From a virus (taxonomy: Duplodnaviria > Caudoviricetes): a DNA stretch of 57,826 bases. The notes beneath the pieces are model-generated. The model saw nothing but the letters and a program-made list of their open reading frames with translations. It was not told where the DNA came from and searched no databases. The stretch is from positions 1 to 57,826 of the IMG/VR virus record IMGVR_UViG_3300006104_000001; one strand, 5' to 3'. The position numbers and the translations under genes are program-made. Of the stretch, positions 45,033 to 53,580 are shown in pieces (position 1 is the stretch's first letter; the number at the start of each line of letters is the position of its first letter).

Positions 45033-45646
45033 AAAATCTTATTTTTTTGATATTTTTTTTGATTCTTTGATTTGTTATTTATTTTTTTATTAGATTGCTC
45101 TGGTGCCAATTCCGCAAATGGCACCGAGTGAGGGTTGGTCGTGGTGCCAAGTGGTGCCAATTTTATAGGGTATATCCCCCGTAGGGGGATACCCTGAAAT
45201 GGCACTAATGGCACTAGACCTACCCCGATGCCATTCCCAGTTGGTGCCATTTTTGCACTGGATTGATTTTTGGCACTGGATCGTGGAGATCTCGAAATGG
45301 AGTTATTGGGGATACCGGAGCATTCCCTAGAAACCTCGCCTTTCGCTCGTAAACGGCCTTTCTGCTCGTTTTTATTCGTTTTGGGTGATCCGATAGCACC
45401 CTGCTCTTTTTGCTCCGTTTTTTTGGCTTCTCGCAAATCCCTCCGACGTTGTTGCCATGCTCGGACTAACTCTCTTGAATAATCGAGATTATTAGCACGC
45501 CATTCTCGGACTCTTTGGCGTTGCTTTTCCAATGCCAGAGGTGACATGAACATTGGGTATTCCTTGCCATTGGAATGCCGGTTCATCTTGATGAAGATAA
45601 ATCCGTCCTCCCTGACAAAACCTTTCTTGGGGATTTCCTTTGTCAT
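45029..45646 (-). CDS. Hypothetical basic protein; C-terminal half runs through the repeat/ori-like region
   Basis: Probable start MTKEIPKKGFVREDG at 45646 (ATGA overlap). Confidence 0.45.
   Translation of the reverse strand: MTKEIPKKGFVREDGFIFIKMNRHSNGKEYPMFMSPLALEKQRQRVREWRANNLDYSRELVRAWQQRRRDLREAKKTEQKEQGAIGSPKTNKNEQKGRLRAKGEVSRECSGIPNNSISRSPRSSAKNQSSAKMAPTGNGIGVGLVPLVPFQGIPLRGIYPIKLAPLGTTTNPHSVPFAELAPEQSNKKINNKSKNQKKYQKNKIL
45101..45280. repeat. Cluster of GTGCCA/TGGCAC repeats around a GC hairpin, candidate replication origin
   Basis: About eight GTGCCA/TGGCAC copies in both orientations flanking AGGGTAT-ATCCCCC-GTA-GGGGGAT-ACCCT; AT-rich tract at 45030-45095. Confidence 0.5.
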
Positions 45647-45882
45647 TCGATAGCCTTGAGGACACTCATCTCGGAGAGTTTTCGCTCGTGTTCGAGGTGG
45701 ATGGGTTTTCCGGTGAGGTGAATGAGTTCCCATACGAGTTCAAGGCCTAGCTCGATGAGATGCTTCCGATCGGCCTGGAGTTGGATCGTCTCGCGTTCGA
45801 GAATCCGGGCGTGTTCGAGGATCGAGGTGGCTAGGCATCCGTTGGGGGATACGAGTTGATCGGTTCGAGGTGTTGGGATCAT
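45643..45882 (-). CDS. Small TPRTD-type coiled-coil protein
   Basis: MIPTPRTDQ...HARILERET, similar to the N-terminus of 52222-52665. Confidence 0.6.
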   Translation of the reverse strand: MIPTPRTDQLVSPNGCLATSILEHARILERETIQLQADRKHLIELGLELVWELIHLTGKPIHLEHERKLSEMSVLKAIE

Positions 45883-46059
45883 CGGGCGATTTTCCTGCAG
45901 GGATCGAGCGGGTGCAAATAGGGAAACAGACAGAACGCAAAAAAAGATAAAAAACATATTGATCTTTTTTCTCGGCGCGTGTAAAAGATTACCCAAGGTG
46001 AAAAAAGATCAAACGATCATTGGACGCCGAAGCTAGATAAACACTACATCCAAGACTCA

Positions 46060-46374
46060 ATGAAACTCGAAGACATGACTCCATTCCAGCAGGAGCTAGC
46101 GAAGAACCTGCTTGTTGCAATCCGCAAAGCTCGTGCCGCCGGAACTGAATATATCAACGCCGAAAATCTGGCACAGATCACCACCGCTCCAAGTCAATTC
46201 CTGCAGGGAGCGCCCAAGGGAACAAACGCACGTTGGGCATACGTCGAGATGATCCGCGACATCATGAATGCCGCCATCGAGCGCGACAAAGAAAACAAAC
46301 GCCGCAAACGTGCCGCTCGCAAGGCCACGAAGCAACACATCCTTTCTGTGCTTCTTTCCGAGATAATTGACTAA
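46060..46374 (+). CDS. Hypothetical protein, paralogue of 49912-50166
   Basis: MTPFQQELAKNL...RKARAAG...APSQFLQGAPKG. Confidence 0.7.
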   Translation: MKLEDMTPFQQELAKNLLVAIRKARAAGTEYINAENLAQITTAPSQFLQGAPKGTNARWAYVEMIRDIMNAAIERDKENKRRKRAARKATKQHILSVLLSEIID

Positions 46375-46396
46375 CAGACACAAATCTCACACCTAC

Positions 46397-46909
46397 ATGA
46401 AACACATCGACAACCCCACATTTGGCAACCCTATGACCACATACACAACGCAGGAGGCCTCGCGCCTGATCACGTTTGATCTCGATAATGGCGACTCTCC
46501 GGCGCTCATGACATACGAGAACGAGAGCAACACCGAGACGATTCAGATTCACATCGACGAGGTATTTGACTTTGAGGAGGCCTCCGGTGAGGAATTGCTT
46601 GGGGATGTCCTTCCCGACAACCTTTTCGCAAACCTGCTTGCATGGGCAGAGGGCGAAGAGATCTTGGAACATCAGATTGCTCCCGACACATCGCTTGACA
46701 TCTCCGGCACCGACTGGCGTGTGATCGAGACAGGTGGAGGTTGCACCGCACTCACCTTTGGCAAATCGGAAAACCTCGTTACGTCCATCTACGGCGCTCG
46801 TGTTCCGTTGAAGGGAGAGGACGTAATCGTGTGGCACCACGGATTGCAATTCAGGTTCCAGGCCGATGCGGTTCCTACGTTTCTCAACACCTATTGCGCT
46901 ACATACTAA
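46397..46909 (+). CDS. Acidic hypothetical protein
   Basis: WRVIETGGGCTAL motif; ATG at 46397. Confidence 0.65.
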   Translation: MKHIDNPTFGNPMTTYTTQEASRLITFDLDNGDSPALMTYENESNTETIQIHIDEVFDFEEASGEELLGDVLPDNLFANLLAWAEGEEILEHQIAPDTSLDISGTDWRVIETGGGCTALTFGKSENLVTSIYGARVPLKGEDVIVWHHGLQFRFQADAVPTFLNTYCATY

Positions 46910-47034
46910 TGAAACTCCTACGCAACCTTGCCATTGCAATCTTTTGGACATCGCTCCCATTCGCGGTGATCACCTTCAGCATCTTCATCAGCAACCACGA
47001 CAAGGCTATGGCTCGCGCCTACGCCGGAAAGTAA
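46909..47034 (+). CDS. 41-aa membrane peptide
   Basis: MKLLRNLAIAIFWTSLPFAVITFSIFIS...; TAATG overlap. Confidence 0.55.
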   Translation: MKLLRNLAIAIFWTSLPFAVITFSIFISNHDKAMARAYAGK

Positions 47035-47063
47035 CAGACACAACCCAACAACAGACACAACAA

Positions 47064-47324
47064 ATGAAACACAAGCACCTAGTAGTCATCGGACGCATTC
47101 CCGACGAGGAGAACGTCTCTATGGCATTCACAAACAAAACCATGGAGGGGGCACGCATCGAGTTCGATATCGAGATGATCAATACGCACATCGAGAACAA
47201 TGCCGAAACTCCGGAGGAGGAAGAGGAGATCCGCGACAACGGAACCTACGTTGACCTAATCCTGACATCAGAATCCGAAATAAAAATCGCATACACCGAA
47301 ATAGCAATCGCATTCAGAAACTAA
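47064..47324 (+). CDS. Acidic hypothetical protein
   Basis: MKHKHLVVIGRIPDEEN...; AC-rich leader. Confidence 0.6.
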   Translation: MKHKHLVVIGRIPDEENVSMAFTNKTMEGARIEFDIEMINTHIENNAETPEEEEEIRDNGTYVDLILTSESEIKIAYTEIAIAFRN

Positions 47325-47342
47325 TCCATACGCATCAATACC

Positions 47343-47699
47343 ATGAATACGAGCATTGTCATTAAAGACATCCCCGAAGGTAATAACCAATTCTCGCAAA
47401 TTAGCGTGAGTTATCACAAGAGCCGCAAGGGATATTTCCTTGTAACTGCACCATACGAAGCAGGGTGGCGCGGCCTACAGACATTCAGTTTAAGCAAAAT
47501 GAAGTTTGAATTGATCGAAACCGCATCTCGGTTTTCCGCAAAGCGCCTGGAGACCTTGGCAGAGATCGAGAAATGCAGGATCGAGGCAAACACTAATGAG
47601 ACTAACGCATTACTCTACGAGCATGGAGTAATTGGGCATGACGCATACGAAAGCGGATGCCGCAACATCGAAGATAGCAACGTCCACTTGGCCTCCTAA
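47343..47699 (+). CDS. Hypothetical protein
   Basis: SVSYHKSRKGYFL...SRFSAKRLE. Confidence 0.6.
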   Translation: MNTSIVIKDIPEGNNQFSQISVSYHKSRKGYFLVTAPYEAGWRGLQTFSLSKMKFELIETASRFSAKRLETLAEIEKCRIEANTNETNALLYEHGVIGHDAYESGCRNIEDSNVHLAS

Positions 47700-47725
47700 T
47701 CACTCACTCATCAATTCAAGAATCT

Positions 47726-48376
47726 ATGAACATCAAGATCACCAACATCGAAACAGGCGATAGTTACTACGCTCGGAGTAGTTCGGAATGCTTAACCGAT
47801 ACAGAGGAAAGTGCATGGGAAAGCGCCTTTGATACCAACCGCACCATTGGCATGGGTATCATCGTTGCGGAACCGATTAACGAGATCGGGCGTTGCATCT
47901 TCACCGAGGAATCGTGTTCTTCCATTGAAGTATCGACAAAGGTTGCAATCGCTTACCTTCGAGCCAGCAAATTCACAGGGATCAAAGCACAGATTGATTA
48001 TCCTGATGGCAAGATCCTGACTACGGACGACATCATGTTTCCGTCCTCTCTTAATCACTTTGACGAGGTTAGCAGGGCATTGGAAATCCTTTGTCACCGA
48101 AGCATCGCTGAATACTCCAATCCCATCGACAGGACCGGCATGGATTACGAAGTAAAAAGGCACATGGGAATGCCATACATCGAGGTGGGTGAGTTTCGAT
48201 ACTCACTCATTCCACAAATCCTTCCAGGCCTCGGTGGATACCGCAGGCGAGTTACCTGGAATGCAATGGATTCGGAAGGGGATTACCTAGAGAAGGACGT
48301 TTCATTCCATACGGCCTTTCTGCACGCAACCAAAGACGCCTTTGTTTGTGAACTGAACGCAATCAACCGGGACTAA
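47726..48376 (+). CDS. Hypothetical protein
   Basis: ORF in tightly packed plus-strand operon. Confidence 0.6.
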   Translation: MNIKITNIETGDSYYARSSSECLTDTEESAWESAFDTNRTIGMGIIVAEPINEIGRCIFTEESCSSIEVSTKVAIAYLRASKFTGIKAQIDYPDGKILTTDDIMFPSSLNHFDEVSRALEILCHRSIAEYSNPIDRTGMDYEVKRHMGMPYIEVGEFRYSLIPQILPGLGGYRRRVTWNAMDSEGDYLEKDVSFHTAFLHATKDAFVCELNAINRD

Positions 48377-48380
48377 TCAC

Positions 48381-48668
48381 ATGACAACACAACACACTCA
48401 AACCATTTGGACCCAAGGAGAAGATAACCCTCTTAAAATTTACGGAAATTATACGTCCATAGCATCGGTTGATGGAGTTCACGCGACCGGAGCAAGAACG
48501 CATGAAGAAGCATTGGCAAACGCCCGACTCATCGCCGCCTCTCCGGAACTACTTTATGCCTTGCAAGACACGCTCGAAGAACTGAAACACGCGGCGCATA
48601 TCGTCAACTTGAACGCCGAAGTAATTGAGACAGCACGAGCCGCAATCGCCAAGGCAACTCAACCATGA
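48381..48668 (+). CDS. Conserved phage protein (ANARLIAAAPELL type)
   Basis: EALANARLIAASPELLYAL...ARAAIAKAT. Confidence 0.75.
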   Translation: MTTQHTQTIWTQGEDNPLKIYGNYTSIASVDGVHATGARTHEEALANARLIAASPELLYALQDTLEELKHAAHIVNLNAEVIETARAAIAKATQP

Positions 48669-48892
48669 ACATAGCAACCGAAACCCAGCGCTTTGTTCAC
48701 AGCATCGAACCGCTTTTCTTTTCGTGCTTAAAGCTATCGAGGCATCACAACCTGGACGAGATTAGGATAAGCACAGGCAGGGCAAAAGAGATCTACCAAG
48801 ATCTTGCCCGCTTAAAACTCATGCTCAAAGAATTGGAAAGGCCAGAACGATCAAGGGATACACACCTCGATGCTATCTTTAACCTGAATTGA
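48665..48892 (+). CDS. Hypothetical protein
   Basis: ATGA-coupled. Confidence 0.55.
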   Translation: MNIATETQRFVHSIEPLFFSCLKLSRHHNLDEIRISTGRAKEIYQDLARLKLMLKELERPERSRDTHLDAIFNLN

Positions 48893-49104
48893 TTATGGAT
48901 AATCCTGAAAACGAAATCGACGCAATCACCGACGCACTACTCAGGCTATACCGAAAGCATGGCATGAGAATCACCAAGCTCTCACTTCGAGCGGCAGTAA
49001 GCCACTTCGCACATGAGAGCATAGAACCCCTGGACGACAAGGGAGAGATTGAGAACAGAATCAACCAACTGGCAAACGCAATCACGAACACGCAAGCATC
49101 ATGA
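48889..49104 (+). CDS. Hypothetical protein
   Basis: Coupled to neighbours. Confidence 0.5.
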   Translation: MIMDNPENEIDAITDALLRLYRKHGMRITKLSLRAAVSHFAHESIEPLDDKGEIENRINQLANAITNTQAS

Positions 49105-49466
49105 CACAGACACTTGAACTTAACGGAGGCCTAGCAACCTACACCCGAAACGATCATGGAGAATGGGATCTTGTTTCATGGAAAGCCCCGGAGAGAACCC
49201 GCTTCACTTACTTTCGCAACATGGCAAGGGCGCTTCGTTCCAAAGGATACATCCTTGAGAAGACATCTTGGGCAGACGGATGGAAGATCAAGGCACAGGG
49301 CGATTACTGGACAAGGTGGACCCTATACCTATCCCCCGACAACAAATGGTCTATCTACGACTCCATTCCTGACATCCTTCGAGGCGAGGATATTGCAGAC
49401 GAGAGAAGGGTAAAGACGCAATGCGATCAGCACGAAATCCTAACTTATCTTCTTTTCTTCGCATGA
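49101..49466 (+). CDS. Trp-rich hypothetical protein
   Basis: ATGA-coupled. Confidence 0.55.
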   Translation: MTQTLELNGGLATYTRNDHGEWDLVSWKAPERTRFTYFRNMARALRSKGYILEKTSWADGWKIKAQGDYWTRWTLYLSPDNKWSIYDSIPDILRGEDIADERRVKTQCDQHEILTYLLFFA

Positions 49467-49915
49467 CCTCAAAAATATCGGATATTTTGTATAGTGAATT
49501 TATCAAGGGTGGAAATAATCACGCCACTAAATTCCTAAAAAAAGAAGTAGATATTTTTATTAAAAGAGTCTTATTAGAAAGAAAAAAAATAGCAAAAAGG
49601 TTAATTAAAAAGTCAAAAATAGAAACAAACCCCCAACCATTAAATATAAAAACTGTTCTTTCAAAAAAAGAAATGGAAGTTTTTATTTCCAAGTTTGGAT
49701 ATGAGGGGACCCATAAATCATCAAATTCTTTGGCAAAAATATTAAAAGTCTCAAACAGATATATTTCTTGTATCCAAAAAAATGCTTTAAGAAAAACACG
49801 ATGGGCAATCGAACGGTGGGAAATAAGAGAACAAAGAAATGGTTGGACATATACGCCTGAAGAAAAAAAAGAAATTCTTGAAGAAGAAATCATGGAATAC
49901 ATAAAAAACAAATGA
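49463..49915 (+). CDS. Sigma-70 region 4-like HTH protein, AT-rich
   Basis: VLSKKEMEVFISKFGY...SLAKILKVSNRYISCIQKNALRK; ATGA overlaps at both ends. Confidence 0.62.
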   Translation: MTSKISDILYSEFIKGGNNHATKFLKKEVDIFIKRVLLERKKIAKRLIKKSKIETNPQPLNIKTVLSKKEMEVFISKFGYEGTHKSSNSLAKILKVSNRYISCIQKNALRKTRWAIERWEIREQRNGWTYTPEEKKEILEEEIMEYIKNK

Positions 49916-50166
49916 CTCCCCTCACCCCTTACCAACTGGCACTTGCCAAGAATATGGCAGAGGCCTTGCAACGAGCCAGGGCGTCCGGCGCTACCATGAT
50001 GACATGGAAAAACCTCATGAAGATCACGAAGATGCCTAGCAATTTCCTTGAAGGATCCCCAAAAGGGTGGAACTCCTTCAATGAATGCGTCGATCACTTG
50101 ATGGCAAGCCTCGATCACCCCACGACCGATCCGAACATTATGATCCTTGCAGATCAATTCGCTTGA
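49912..50166 (+). CDS. Hypothetical protein, paralogue of 46060-46374
   Basis: LTPYQLALAKNM...RARASG...MPSNFLEGSPKG. Confidence 0.7.
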   Translation: MTPLTPYQLALAKNMAEALQRARASGATMMTWKNLMKITKMPSNFLEGSPKGWNSFNECVDHLMASLDHPTTDPNIMILADQFA

Positions 50167-50182
50167 CGCTTCACTCCCATGA

Positions 50183-50398
50183 ATGTCAGAACAACAGACA
50201 GAAGACAGGCAAAGACGAGCCGCAATCGTTTTAAGCAACCCAACCGGATTCAAAGTCTGCGAAGGTTGCGAAAGCATTATCCGCTCCGAGGCCTCCTTCT
50301 GTCCTCTGTGTCATGCATATCGGTTCAATGAAGATCCGAAGGATGTCATCGAGGGGGCAATCCTCATTGCCATGCGTCCATCTACAATTCAACTCTAA
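50183..50398 (+). CDS. Zinc-ribbon protein
   Basis: CEGC...CPLC. Confidence 0.65.
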   Translation: MSEQQTEDRQRRAAIVLSNPTGFKVCEGCESIIRSEASFCPLCHAYRFNEDPKDVIEGAILIAMRPSTIQL

Positions 50399-50411
50399 CC
50401 ACCACAATTCA

Positions 50412-50633
50412 ATGAAACTCAATTTAAGCGAATCCTTCCTAGTGGAGGAGATCCATCAGTCCGGAGAAAACGAAAAAATTATGATCTTCGAGGGACTGGT
50501 ATGCCCCAGGCACAAATACCCTATCCCCTCCAAAATATACGAGGGAGATCGTCCTAATCTTAACTGGCCGGCCTTTCTCATGCACTTGACCTCGAAGGTG
50601 CCACTTCAACCACGTTATCGCCGTGTTGCGTGA
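50412..50633 (+). CDS. Hypothetical protein
   Basis: ATG at 50412 with AC-rich leader. Confidence 0.5.
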   Translation: MKLNLSESFLVEEIHQSGENEKIMIFEGLVCPRHKYPIPSKIYEGDRPNLNWPAFLMHLTSKVPLQPRYRRVA

Positions 50634-50735
50634 ACTATTTCACTTTCTTTGCTGTTTCATCATATCGGCGGCAATTATCCACATTTTCCATTCCAGATTC
50701 CATTAACAGACAAAACCCTAACACCTACACTAAAA

Positions 50736-51050
50736 ATGATTAAAGTAAGCATCGACGTAACCAAGATTGAAAAACACCGCCTCTTCGAGGGAAAGCCTCG
50801 TCAGAGTGACGGAGGCATCCCGAAGTATCTTTCCTGCGCTCTCCTTGAGAACAAGGACGGACCCGACAAGCACGGCAATCAAGGCTTCATTGTCCAGGAT
50901 GTCAGCAAGGCCGAGAGGGAGAGTGGCGTCAAAGGCGTCATCATTGGCAACTGGCGCGATCTGGACACGACTCCGAAGCCCGCACCCGCTCCGGTAGCAC
51001 CTCGCGCCGTGCATTCTGCATCAACGGCGCAGGATGACATCCCATTCTAA
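50736..51050 (+). CDS. Putative single-stranded DNA-binding protein
   Basis: MIKVSIDVTKIEK...KYL...DKHGNQGFIVQ...IIGNW, Pro/Ala linker and acidic DDIPF tail. Confidence 0.65.
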   Translation: MIKVSIDVTKIEKHRLFEGKPRQSDGGIPKYLSCALLENKDGPDKHGNQGFIVQDVSKAERESGVKGVIIGNWRDLDTTPKPAPAPVAPRAVHSASTAQDDIPF

Positions 51051-51246
51051 TCGCCTTACCTGGAATGGACGCAAGGAAGCTAAACGCATCGCAGGTGAAA
51101 TGCTCCGTATTCACAGAGAATATCCGGGATCTCTTGACGATGAATCGGATCAATTTATCGCGGCTATCCTCATCCATCGTTTCGGCGCTCAAGTTGTCAC
51201 GAGGGATCGTTATGAACGCATTCTAAAGACCGAAGATCATGAGTGA
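51034..51246 (+). CDS. Hypothetical protein
   Basis: Overlap-coupled ORF. Confidence 0.45.
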   Translation: MTSHSNRLTWNGRKEAKRIAGEMLRIHREYPGSLDDESDQFIAAILIHRFGAQVVTRDRYERILKTEDHE

Positions 51247-51448
51247 TTACGATGACGAATGGAGTGAGGAGAAGCCCAAGAAAAAGAACTCCTGTAGAGG
51301 AATGGCTACGTTTCCACACAAACAGGCCGCGACTCAATCATGGGATAACAAGCGAAAGGCAGGTCGGCTTCCCAAGCATCAACGTCCCTATAACTGCAAA
51401 ATCTGCAAAGCGTGGCATGACGGAATACCTCCGTCGTTCCGCGATTAA
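51239..51448 (+). CDS. Small Zn-finger protein
   Basis: SC...F...A...RPYNCKICKAWH. Confidence 0.6.
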   Translation: MSDYDDEWSEEKPKKKNSCRGMATFPHKQAATQSWDNKRKAGRLPKHQRPYNCKICKAWHDGIPPSFRD

Positions 51449-51451
51449 CTC

Positions 51452-51485
51452 AAGAACCTAGAACTGATCCATCTAGGTTCTTTTT
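51452..51485 (+). terminator. Rho-independent terminator
   Basis: AAGAACCTAGA-N9-TCTAGGTTCTT-TTT. Confidence 0.7.
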
Positions 51486-51516
51486 CATTAAGGATCAACC
51501 AACCCATACAAACATC

Positions 51517-51831
51517 ATGTCAGAAAACATCATAACAAAGGTGGAGAACGTCCTCTCCGAGGCCGCCTCTGGTATCAAGCATGACTACCAAGTGTTGCTG
51601 AATGCTCTTAAAGAGCTTTTTGCACATCATCAGGAAGTCACCGGAGAGAAGCCGGAGATCTCCGCAAGCGAGATCCATCCTGAATCACTCGCAGAGGTTA
51701 GCGCCGCTACTGGCGTCCCTGTTGCAGAGATCACCGGAGCAGGTGGAGTTGTCCCTCCTACGTCCCAGGCAGAGGCCGTCACCGACCAAGGCGATACTGC
51801 CCCTTCTGTCACCACAAAGCCAACTCTGTAA
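51517..51831 (+). CDS. Acidic hypothetical protein
   Basis: ATG with AC-rich leader after the terminator. Confidence 0.6.
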   Translation: MSENIITKVENVLSEAASGIKHDYQVLLNALKELFAHHQEVTGEKPEISASEIHPESLAEVSAATGVPVAEITGAGGVVPPTSQAEAVTDQGDTAPSVTTKPTL

Positions 51832-51835
51832 TCCC

Positions 51836-52012
51836 ATGAAATCATCAGGAAGACCAAACCCCATGAAGATTAAAGGGGGCAAAGGAAAAGCATCTGCAAA
51901 GTTCAAACCATCACCCATGTCACTGAAGGGATCCATGAAGACCCCCTACGTTAAGGGTAGCCCAATGAAATCACCCAAGCAGACGCTTTGGGAAAAGCAA
52001 CACTCTGATTAA
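51836..52012 (+). CDS. Small Lys/Pro/Met-rich basic protein
   Basis: MKSSGRPNPMKIKGGKGK...MKTP...MKSP. Confidence 0.5.
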   Translation: MKSSGRPNPMKIKGGKGKASAKFKPSPMSLKGSMKTPYVKGSPMKSPKQTLWEKQHSD

Positions 52013-52018
52013 AAAATC

Positions 52019-52225
52019 ATGATCGCAATCGTCAATGTTGGAGGGGGAGACCCTAAAGACGTTATGGGTATCCGGAATTATGAGGTCCGGATTAATAGCG
52101 AGGTGATCGCAACCTTCCAGCATCGACGAAGCGACGGCTTTGCAGAGTGTATTCTTAAAGCATCAAAAGCCGTTGAAAGTAAAAAAAGGAAACAAGTGGA
52201 CGAGTTTTTAAGGAGAAAACTATGA
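52019..52225 (+). CDS. Hypothetical protein
   Basis: YEVRINSEVIATFQHRRSDG. Confidence 0.6.
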   Translation: MIAIVNVGGGDPKDVMGIRNYEVRINSEVIATFQHRRSDGFAECILKASKAVESKKRKQVDEFLRRKL

Positions 52226-52665
52226 ACCCCGACACCACACAAACGCCTAGGACGGATGAGGCTTGCGAGGTCATGGGCTTAAAGGCCTTTGTAGTGCCAG
52301 TAGAAACCTCCCGCCAGCTAGAACGCGAGCTCTCCGAAAAAACCAACGAGGTCGCAAGGCTCAGGGAGCTTTTTGATAAAGTCCTTTTTGAGCTAGAAAA
52401 AGTTCCTTTCCAAACACCAAAGCTGACCGCCTTTACAGCTCACAGACTCGCCGATAGGTATCGCGAACAAAATCAACCAACAAACCAAATGAACCCACAG
52501 ACACCCGAAAACGAGGTCGCAAGGCTCAAAGAGATGCTCATGGATGCCGCAAGACGCGGCGACATGATGGCCGCACATTGGAAAGAACGAGCAGAGAAAG
52601 CCGAGGCACTAATTCAACAACTTCACCACCTTGCAGAACTATTACCCGAAGCTAATAAAGCCTAA
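52222..52665 (+). CDS. TPRTD-type mosaic coiled-coil protein
   Basis: TPRTD...RQLEREL and two NEVARL modules. Confidence 0.65.
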   Translation: MNPDTTQTPRTDEACEVMGLKAFVVPVETSRQLERELSEKTNEVARLRELFDKVLFELEKVPFQTPKLTAFTAHRLADRYREQNQPTNQMNPQTPENEVARLKEMLMDAARRGDMMAAHWKERAEKAEALIQQLHHLAELLPEANKA

Positions 52666-52902
52666 TTATTACTCACAGCTAGTATGTCAACGAACGCATA
52701 CAATTCACCGATGACAACGAGCAACGACACCGACAACGAGGCCGAAGTTTCATCAAAACAGACCATGCTAACCGCACAATCTGATTCAGTAGAGCTTTAT
52801 CATGCTCTGTGTGATCGGTCTGCTGATTTCAGTAAGGCATTGGACGCTTGCCGAGATTACAGAAAGCAACTTGCCGAGAAAACCAACGAGGTCGCAAGGC
52901 TC
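52345..52902 (+). repeat. Three exact 18-bp direct repeats AACGAGGTCGCAAGGCTC
   Basis: Copies at 52345-52362, 52510-52527 and 52885-52902, each encoding NEVARL. Confidence 0.85.
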
Positions 52903-53580
52903 CGTAAGCTTATGAACCGAGCTATTGCGATTGCGGATAAATCTTTGGACTGCCTTATCCCTGTTTTTAGGGGAGAGCATGAAGAGCTTGAAACTGAACT
53001 AAAACAACTCAAAGCAGAAGCCCGACTCGCCACTGCGCTAGAGGAACAAGAAAACGATTGGAAATGCCCGCATTGTGGTAGCACTTCTGGAACTTATTTT
53101 AGCCGAATTGATCCTATGGGTGACATCTGCGAAGATTGCGGAAAAGCAGTTGATGAGGAACCAACCATCTATTTGCGTGAACCTACTGCTGAAGAGTCAA
53201 AGGTATTAGACAAGGTTCTTGAGGAATTGAGAGAAGAAGATAGGCACTACGCTCCCGAATGGCGAGAGCTTGGCCCAGACGAGGTGATCCAAGAGGGGGA
53301 TGAGTGTCGATACAAGGGAGAAGCTCAATACGAACCTGTGATGGATTCCATGATTGGAGGTTATTCGGAACTTTTTAAGTTTTTCCGCCTCCGCACTCGC
53401 CGCCCGTTATGCCCCAATAATGCCCCAAAGCAGGAGGAGATGCCTCTTGAAAAGGAACTAGACTACCTGACTTGCGAGGCATCAAGTGCCGCTGACATCC
53501 ATAACCATGTTCTGATCGTGGACTGCCTCCGCTATCTCTGCGACGAGATCCAGAAGCTAAAGGAGATCATCAGCACCTAG
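52684..53580 (+). CDS. Mosaic protein with coiled coil and Zn-ribbon
   Basis: NEVARL, CPHC...CEDC and WRELGPDEVIQEGDE modules. Confidence 0.65.
   Translation: MSTNAYNSPMTTSNDTDNEAEVSSKQTMLTAQSDSVELYHALCDRSADFSKALDACRDYRKQLAEKTNEVARLRKLMNRAIAIADKSLDCLIPVFRGEHEELETELKQLKAEARLATALEEQENDWKCPHCGSTSGTYFSRIDPMGDICEDCGKAVDEEPTIYLREPTAEESKVLDKVLEELREEDRHYAPEWRELGPDEVIQEGDECRYKGEAQYEPVMDSMIGGYSELFKFFRLRTRRPLCPNNAPKQEEMPLEKELDYLTCEASSAADIHNHVLIVDCLRYLCDEIQKLKEIIST

Noticed and set aside
46262-50277. Long minus-strand ORFs (46262-46960, 49519-50277)
   Set aside because: Antisense to coupled plus-strand genes; no motifs
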